Origin: Candidatus Karelsulcia muelleri PSPU | GTDB taxonomy: Bacteria > Bacteroidota > Bacteroidia > Flavobacteriales > Blattabacteriaceae | NCBI RefSeq assembly: GCF_000829155.1 | Contig: NZ_AP013293.1 | Location: 180,001-212,000 of the forward strand | Direction: 5' to 3' | DNA length: 32,000 nucleotides | Part shown: one piece after another, positions 26,838 to 32,000 of the stretch | Layout: every line of letters begins with the position of its first letter | How positions within the stretch are numbered: the first letter of the stretch is position 1 | Notes under the pieces: model-generated | The model's database searches: none | The model's input: only the letters and a program-made list of their open reading frames with translations | Told to the model about the DNA's origin: nothing | Program-made: the position numbers and the translations under genes

Positions 26838-27582
26838 AATATATGGATTAGTAGGTAAAAATATTAGTTATTCTTTTTCTAATTCTTTTTTTAAAAGAAA
26901 ATTTAAAAAAGAAAATATAAAAAATACTATATATAATATTTTTGATATAAAAAAATTATCATTAATAAATGAAATAATAAAAGTAAATAAAAATTTTTTA
27001 GGATTTAATGTAACTATTCCATATAAAAAAAAAATAATTTCTAAGATTAATATCATTAATAATAATTTAAAAAAAATAGGATCAATAAATACTGTTAAAA
27101 TCATAAATGATATTACTATAGGTTATAATACAGATATATATGGATTTGAAAATTCATTTAAACTTAAATTAAAATCATATCATAATAATGCCTTAATTTT
27201 AGGTAATGGTGGAGTATCTAAATCTATAATATATGTTTTAACAAAATTAGGTATAAAATATCTTGTTGTTTCAAGAAATAAAAAAAATGGTATTTCTTAT
27301 TCAAATATTTCTAAAGAAATTATTAATAATAATAATATTATTATTAATTGTACTCCATTGGGAACATATCCTAATATTAATGAATGTCCTAATATTCCTT
27401 ATGAATTTCTGTCAAAAAAACATTATTTATATGATTTAGTTTATAATCCTAAAGAAACTTTATTTTTAAAAAAAGGAAAAAATATAGGATGTATTGTCCA
27501 AAATGGACTAAATATGCTTTATTTACAGGCAAATCTTTCTTGGAAAATTTGGAATGAGATTAATTTTGATATATTATATTAA
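26830..27582 (+). CDS. aroE: Shikimate dehydrogenase
   Basis: 250-aa ORF with YGLVGKNISYSFS, GFNVTIPYKKK, GSINTV, GYNTD, the NADP loop ILGNGGVSKS, NCTPLG and LYDLVYNP. Confidence 0.88.
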   Translation: MIKIYGLVGKNISYSFSNSFFKRKFKKENIKNTIYNIFDIKKLSLINEIIKVNKNFLGFNVTIPYKKKIISKINIINNNLKKIGSINTVKIINDITIGYNTDIYGFENSFKLKLKSYHNNALILGNGGVSKSIIYVLTKLGIKYLVVSRNKKNGISYSNISKEIINNNNIIINCTPLGTYPNINECPNIPYEFLSKKHYLYDLVYNPKETLFLKKGKNIGCIVQNGLNMLYLQANLSWKIWNEINFDILY

Positions 27583-28559
27583 ATAATATTACATATATAA
27601 TTTATTAATTCATCTAATCCTTCTTTAGAAAAAGAGGAAATAAAAATATATTTTTCATTTTTTTTTAATTTATTTATAATTTCATATTTTAATTCATTAT
27701 CTAAATGATCAGATTTAGAAATTAATAATAAACGTTTTTTATTTAAAATTTTTTTATCAAAAAAATTTAATTCATTTAATATTATATTATATTCTTTAAT
27801 ATAATTCTTTTCTTCACAAGAAATCATAATTAATATAATTCTATTACGTTGAATATGTTTCATAAATTTAAATCCTAATCCTTTTCCTTTTGAAGCACCT
27901 TTTATTATTCCAGGAATATCTGCTATAACTAATTTTTTAAATTTTTTATAATTAAGTATACCTATATTAGGATTTAATGTAGTAAATGGATAATTAGATA
28001 TTTTTGGTTTAGATGATGTAATAATAGATATTAAAGTGGATTTTCCAGAATTTGGAAATCCAATAATTCCTACATCGGCTAGAATTTTTAATTCTAAAAA
28101 AAAACAAAATTCTTTTACAATTTTTCCTTTTTCAGAATAAAAAGGAGCTTGACATATAGCATTTTTAAAATGCCAATTTCCTTTTCCTCCTTTTCCTCCA
28201 TATAATAATATTTTTTTTTCATTATGATTTAATATTTCCATAATAATATTTTTATATTCATCTTTAATAATAGTTCCAATTGGAACTTCTATTATACAAT
28301 CTTTTCCATTAGAACCAGTAATCCTATTTATCCCTCCATTTTTTCCATTTTCAGCTATATTATGTTTTTTATATTTTAAATGAGATATTGTATATAATTG
28401 ATTATTTCCTTTAATTATTACATTTCCTCCTTTTCCTCCATCTCCTCCATCAGGACCTCCTTTATTAATAAATTTTTCTCTTCTAAAATGTATTAGACCA
28501 GATCCACCATTTCCACTTTTACAATAGATTTTTATAAAATCTATAAATTTATTAATCAT
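27579..28559 (-). CDS. obg: GTPase Obg/CgtA
   Basis: 326-aa ORF with the Gly-rich Obg fold (GNGGSG...GGPDGGDGGKGG), G1 GFPNSGKST, and DIPG. Its 3' end overlaps the 3' end of convergent aroE by 4 nt. Confidence 0.93.
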   Translation of the reverse strand: MINKFIDFIKIYCKSGNGGSGLIHFRREKFINKGGPDGGDGGKGGNVIIKGNNQLYTISHLKYKKHNIAENGKNGGINRITGSNGKDCIIEVPIGTIIKDEYKNIIMEILNHNEKKILLYGGKGGKGNWHFKNAICQAPFYSEKGKIVKEFCFFLELKILADVGIIGFPNSGKSTLISIITSSKPKISNYPFTTLNPNIGILNYKKFKKLVIADIPGIIKGASKGKGLGFKFMKHIQRNRIILIMISCEEKNYIKEYNIILNELNFFDKKILNKKRLLLISKSDHLDNELKYEIINKLKKNEKYIFISSFSKEGLDELINYICNII

Positions 28560-28571
28560 ATAAATATTTAA

Positions 28572-29966
28572 CTAAATATGAATACATTTATTATAAGCAT
28601 TATTTATTGCTTCAATAATAGATTCACTAATAGTAGGATGTGGGTGAATACATTGACTAAATTCAAATGATGTTGTTTCTAATTTACGAGCTACTACAAT
28701 TTCAGAAATAAGTTCTGTAACTCCAGAACCTATCATATGACATCCTAACAATTCTCCATATTTTTCATCAAAAATTACTTTAATAAAACCATCTGTACTA
28801 TCATTAACTTTTGCTTTTCCTAAAGCCGTAAATGGAAACTTACCTATTTTTAATTTATATCCTTTATTTATAGCTTCTTTTTCAGAAAAACCTACATATG
28901 AAATTTCAGGATTAGAATAAATACACATAGGAACATTGTTATAATTTAATGTAAAGGGATTTAATCCCGTAATTTTTTCTACACAAATTATTCCTTCATA
29001 AGAAGCAACATGAGCTAAAGAAATACTAGAAATTACATCTCCTATAGCATAATATCCTTTTATATTAGTTGAATAATATTTATCGACACAGATATGTTTA
29101 GTATTATTCATATCAATACCTATTTCTTCTAATCCTAAATTTTCAGTATTTGGACAAATACCAATAGCAGAAATTATAATATCTACATATAAAATTTCAT
29201 TATTATTTTTTAAATTTTTAATAATTACTTTTGTACATTTTTTTTCAGATAAATATGAAATATTTTCAATAATTGAAGATTTTATTATTATAATACCAGA
29301 TTTTTTAAATAACTTTTCCAATTGTATTGAAATATCAATATCTGAAGATGGTAAAATATAAGGCATTTTTTCTATTATAAAAATTTTAGATCCTAGACTA
29401 TTATAAAAATAAGCAAATTCTAAACCAATAGCACCAGATCCTATAATTAAAATATTTTTAGGTATAGTTTTTAATAACATCGCTTCACGATAACAAATTA
29501 TATTTGATAATTCTTTTTTCTTAAAAAGATTAGATCTAGCTCCTGTGGCTATAATTATATTTTTAGCATTATATTTTTTTTTATTTCCATATTTATCTTT
29601 AACATATACTATTTTAGTTTTTAATATTTTAGCTTTACCATATAATATTTTTATATTATTTTTTTTCATTAAAAATGAAACTCCTTTATTCATCTTTTCT
29701 GATATAGAACGACTACGTAAAATAATTTTTTCAAAATCTAATTTTAAATTATTAGTAATAATTCCATATTTTGAAGCTTTTTTTAAAGTATTAAAAATAT
29801 TTGCACTTTTTAATAATGATTTTGTTGGTATACACCCCCAATTAAGACATACACCTCCAATATTTTCCTTTTCGACAATAGCTGTTTTTAATCCTAATTG
29901 TGCAGCACGTATAGCAGCTACATAACCTCCAGGACCACTTCCAATTATAATTAAGTCAAAAGACAT
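28572..29966 (-). CDS. lpdA: Dihydrolipoyl dehydrogenase (E3)
   Basis: 464-aa ORF with FAD-binding IIIGSGPGGY, the redox disulfide GGVCLNWGCIPTK, the NAD fold IIGSGAIGLEFA, and the C-terminal HPHPTISE. Confidence 0.93.
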   Translation of the reverse strand: MSFDLIIIGSGPGGYVAAIRAAQLGLKTAIVEKENIGGVCLNWGCIPTKSLLKSANIFNTLKKASKYGIITNNLKLDFEKIILRSRSISEKMNKGVSFLMKKNNIKILYGKAKILKTKIVYVKDKYGNKKKYNAKNIIIATGARSNLFKKKELSNIICYREAMLLKTIPKNILIIGSGAIGLEFAYFYNSLGSKIFIIEKMPYILPSSDIDISIQLEKLFKKSGIIIIKSSIIENISYLSEKKCTKVIIKNLKNNNEILYVDIIISAIGICPNTENLGLEEIGIDMNNTKHICVDKYYSTNIKGYYAIGDVISSISLAHVASYEGIICVEKITGLNPFTLNYNNVPMCIYSNPEISYVGFSEKEAINKGYKLKIGKFPFTALGKAKVNDSTDGFIKVIFDEKYGELLGCHMIGSGVTELISEIVVARKLETTSFEFSQCIHPHPTISESIIEAINNAYNKCIHI

Positions 29967-29981
29967 AAATAAAGAATTTAG

Positions 29982-30066
29982 TACTCACGACTGGATTTGA
30001 ACCAGCAAATCTTAATAAGATACTACCACCTCAAGGTAGCGTGTATACCAATTTCACCACGTGAGT
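29982..30066 (-). tRNA. tRNA-Leu (anticodon GAG), class II
   Basis: Manual cloverleaf on the minus strand: acceptor actcacg/cgtgagt, D arm nearly identical to the other Leu tRNA, anticodon stem ctacc/ggtag, loop ttGAGgt, long variable arm. Confidence 0.82.
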
Positions 30067-30108
30067 CTTTAAAAGACAATATTCATAATCTACTATTAAA
30101 TAATATTA

Positions 30109-30486
30109 TTAACTTATTAATAATTTACTTAATATTTGAATTTTATTTTTCCACCACATTTTAGATTCTTCTATTTCATTTTTTTTAGCAAAATCTGTTA
30201 TAATAAGGTAAATATTTTTTGTTAATTTTTCTTTTTCAAGAAAAAATTCAAAATAATAGATCTTATCAAGATCTTGTTCCCATCTATATCTTACAGATTT
30301 ATATGGTATTTTTTTTATTAAAAAACATGTTTCTTCATATCCGTTCCAAGTAAAAATATATCTATTACTTAGATAAATAACATTGTCAGCAAACCATTCT
30401 GTCATATTTGAAGGTGCAGAAATATAATTATATAATATCTTTATAGAAGAATTCATTCTAAATTCAAAGTTTATTTTTTCACGCAT
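30109..30486 (-). CDS. START-like/SRPBCC-fold domain protein of unknown function (conserved in Flavobacteriia)
   Basis: 125-aa ORF. The pattern ...LYNYISAPSNMTEWFADNV......FTWNG.EE...L.KK.....VRYRW......YFEF......LT....L.ITDFA...EIEESKM.W...I..L matches my recollection of the ~125-aa START-like protein family of Bacteroidota. Confidence 0.55.
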   Translation of the reverse strand: MREKINFEFRMNSSIKILYNYISAPSNMTEWFADNVIYLSNRYIFTWNGYEETCFLIKKIPYKSVRYRWEQDLDKIYYFEFFLEKEKLTKNIYLIITDFAKKNEIEESKMWWKNKIQILSKLLIS

Positions 30487-30539
30487 TTTTTTTATCTGTT
30501 TTAATTTATTATTATAATAATAATAAATTTTAAAAAAAA

Positions 30540-30613
30540 GGCGTGATAGCTCATTTGGTTAGAGCGTCGGATTCATAACCCGGAGGTTGGGGGTTCAATT
30601 CCCCCTCACGCTA
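30540..30613 (+). tRNA. tRNA-Met family (anticodon CAU), initiator-like anticodon arm
   Basis: Cloverleaf: acceptor ggcgtga/tcacgct (G1.U72), anticodon arm gtcgga-ttCATaa-cccgg close to the E. coli initiator GTCGGG-CTCATAA-CCCGA, T arm ggggg-ttcaatt-ccccc. The D stem is elongator-like. Confidence 0.85.
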
Positions 30614-30636
30614 CATTTTACATATAGAATAATTTA

Positions 30637-31977
30637 ATGAATTATAAAAATATCATAAAAAATTTTTTATATTTTTTTAAAAAAAAAAATCATAAAATTA
30701 TTTATTCTGCTTCACTTTTAGCAAAAAATGATACAACTTTAATGTTTACTAATGCTGGAATGAATAGATTTAAAAACTATTTTATTTGTTATAAACATCC
30801 AAAATTTTTAAGAATTACGAATATTCAAAAATGTCTTAGAATTACAGGAAAACATAATGATTTATATGATGTAGGAAAGGATAAATATCATCATACTATG
30901 TTTGAAATGTTAGGAAATTGGTCATTTGGTGATTATTTTAAAAAAAAAGCTATAAAATGGGCTTGGGAGTTATTAACAAAAATTTATAAAATAAAAAAAT
31001 ACAATATTTATGTTACTATTTTTAGTGGAGATAAAAAAAAAAATTTACCTTTTGATATAGAATCATATAAATTTTGGAAAAAAATAATAGATGAAAATCA
31101 AATTATTTTTTTTGATAAAAAAAATAATTTTTGGGAAATGGGGGAAACAGGTCCATGTGGATATAGTTCAGAAATTCATATAGATATTAGAAATGAAAAA
31201 GAAAAAAATAAAATATCTGGAAAAAAATTAATTAATAAAGGCCATCCTTTAGTAATTGAATTATGGAATTTAGTTTTTATAGAATATTTTAGGAAAAAAA
31301 ATGGTAATCTTGAAAAATTACCGAAATCTCATGTTGATACAGGAATGGGTATAGAAAGATTATGTATGATTTTACAAAAAAAAAAATCTACATATGATAC
31401 TGATATATTTAATATTTTAATTAAAAAAATAGAAAATATTACTGGAATCGTTTATGGGAAATTTTATAAACAGGATATAGCCATTCGTGTATTAGCAGAT
31501 CATATTAGAGCAATTGTATTTGCTATTAAGGATGGGGTAATTCCTTCAAATAAGAAATCAGGATATATAATAAAAAAACTTTTAAGAAGAACTATTATAT
31601 ATTATTATATTTTTTTAAAAAAAAAAAAAAAAATTTTATATAAACTTGTAAAATATGTATTATTACAGAATAATAAATTTCATTACAAAATGAATAATAA
31701 AGAAAAAATTATAAATTTTATAATAAAAAAAGAAGAAATTTTATTTTTTAAAACAATAAGTAAAGTTACTTTTAAAATAAAAAAAAAAATTTTTCTTTTA
31801 AAAAAAGAAGGTAAAAAAAAAATAAATGGAAATATAATATTTAAATTATATGATACATATGGATTACCTTTTGAATTAGCAAATTTTATGGCTATAAAAA
31901 ATAATATGATTATTGATAAATTTTCTTTTGAAAAAGAAATGTTAAAAACAAAACTACGTTCTAAACAAAAGAAATAA
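30637..31977 (+). CDS. alaS: Alanine--tRNA ligase, catalytic plus tRNA-recognition portion only (446 aa)
   Basis: FTNAGMNRFK, HHTMFEMLGNWSFGDYFK, GPCGYSSEIH, WNLVFIEY, DTGMGIERL, ADHIRA and LYDTYGLPFEL. The ORF ends with TAA at 31975-31977, about half the usual AlaRS length. Confidence 0.88.
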   Translation: MNYKNIIKNFLYFFKKKNHKIIYSASLLAKNDTTLMFTNAGMNRFKNYFICYKHPKFLRITNIQKCLRITGKHNDLYDVGKDKYHHTMFEMLGNWSFGDYFKKKAIKWAWELLTKIYKIKKYNIYVTIFSGDKKKNLPFDIESYKFWKKIIDENQIIFFDKKNNFWEMGETGPCGYSSEIHIDIRNEKEKNKISGKKLINKGHPLVIELWNLVFIEYFRKKNGNLEKLPKSHVDTGMGIERLCMILQKKKSTYDTDIFNILIKKIENITGIVYGKFYKQDIAIRVLADHIRAIVFAIKDGVIPSNKKSGYIIKKLLRRTIIYYYIFLKKKKKILYKLVKYVLLQNNKFHYKMNNKEKIINFIIKKEEILFFKTISKVTFKIKKKIFLLKKEGKKKINGNIIFKLYDTYGLPFELANFMAIKNNMIIDKFSFEKEMLKTKLRSKQKK

Positions 31978-32000
31978 TGAAATATAAATCTATGGAGAGA

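Noticed and set aside
1-32000. Possible UGA-to-Trp recoding, prompted by in-frame TGA codons in the protein-like fragments at 237-239 and 4536-4538.
   Set aside because: All long conserved genes are intact under the standard code. Conserved Trp residues are encoded by TGG (for example the ccsA WWD motif). resB ends in TGA, and an RF2 gene with the SPF motif is present. The TGA-containing fragments are better explained as gene remnants.
1-32000. Mobile elements, prophage genes, defence or toxin-antitoxin systems, secretion effectors.
   Set aside because: Every substantial ORF is assignable to a housekeeping family or is a shadow ORF. No transposase, integrase or recombinase-like sequence was seen, and no terminal inverted repeats flanking an insertion.

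Overview
This window is extremely AT-rich (G+C judged by eye to be well under 25%, not computed) and very gene-dense. I call 33 protein genes, 6 tRNAs and a tmRNA. Spacers are short and several neighbouring genes overlap at ATGA or TAATG junctions. The content is almost entirely housekeeping:
- Translation: efp, frr, prfB, trpS, asnS, alaS, and ribosomal proteins L34, L21, L27, S6, S18, L9, S21.
- GTPases: der and obg.
- Envelope and secretion: bamA, bamD, lepB.
- System II cytochrome c maturation: resB and ccsA.
- Lipoate, TCA-linked and Fe-S functions: lipA, lpdA, sucD, korA, apbC.
- Biosynthesis: dapA, dapB (diaminopimelate/lysine) and aroE (shikimate).

Several traits point to a strongly reduced Bacteroidota (Flavobacteriales-type) obligate endosymbiont: bamD-rpoZ and rpsF-rpsR-rplI synteny, a tmRNA tag ending NYALAA, a 29-aa poly-basic peptide gene, and the LepB N-terminal module. 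I cannot name the species from sequence alone. The standard genetic code is in use: RF2 is present, Trp is encoded by TGG, and resB ends in TGA. I saw no mobile elements, CRISPR arrays, defence islands or toxin systems.

The most unusual signals are:
1. rpsR carries a roughly 339-aa N-terminal extension made of a GC-enriched, hierarchical, in-frame tandem repeat array (16 KPETEVAK-type cores).
2. bamA has a near-perfect 60-bp tandem duplication at its 5' end.
3. alaS stops at the aminoacylation/editing domain boundary, and a new ATG overlaps the stop.
4. The conserved N-terminal module of lepB lies upstream of the first ATG, with no in-frame ATG available.
5. A 25-bp-stem inverted repeat sits between rplI and rpoZ.
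6. korA has no adjacent korB.
7. Essential genes contain poly(A)/poly(T) tracts of 13-17 nt.
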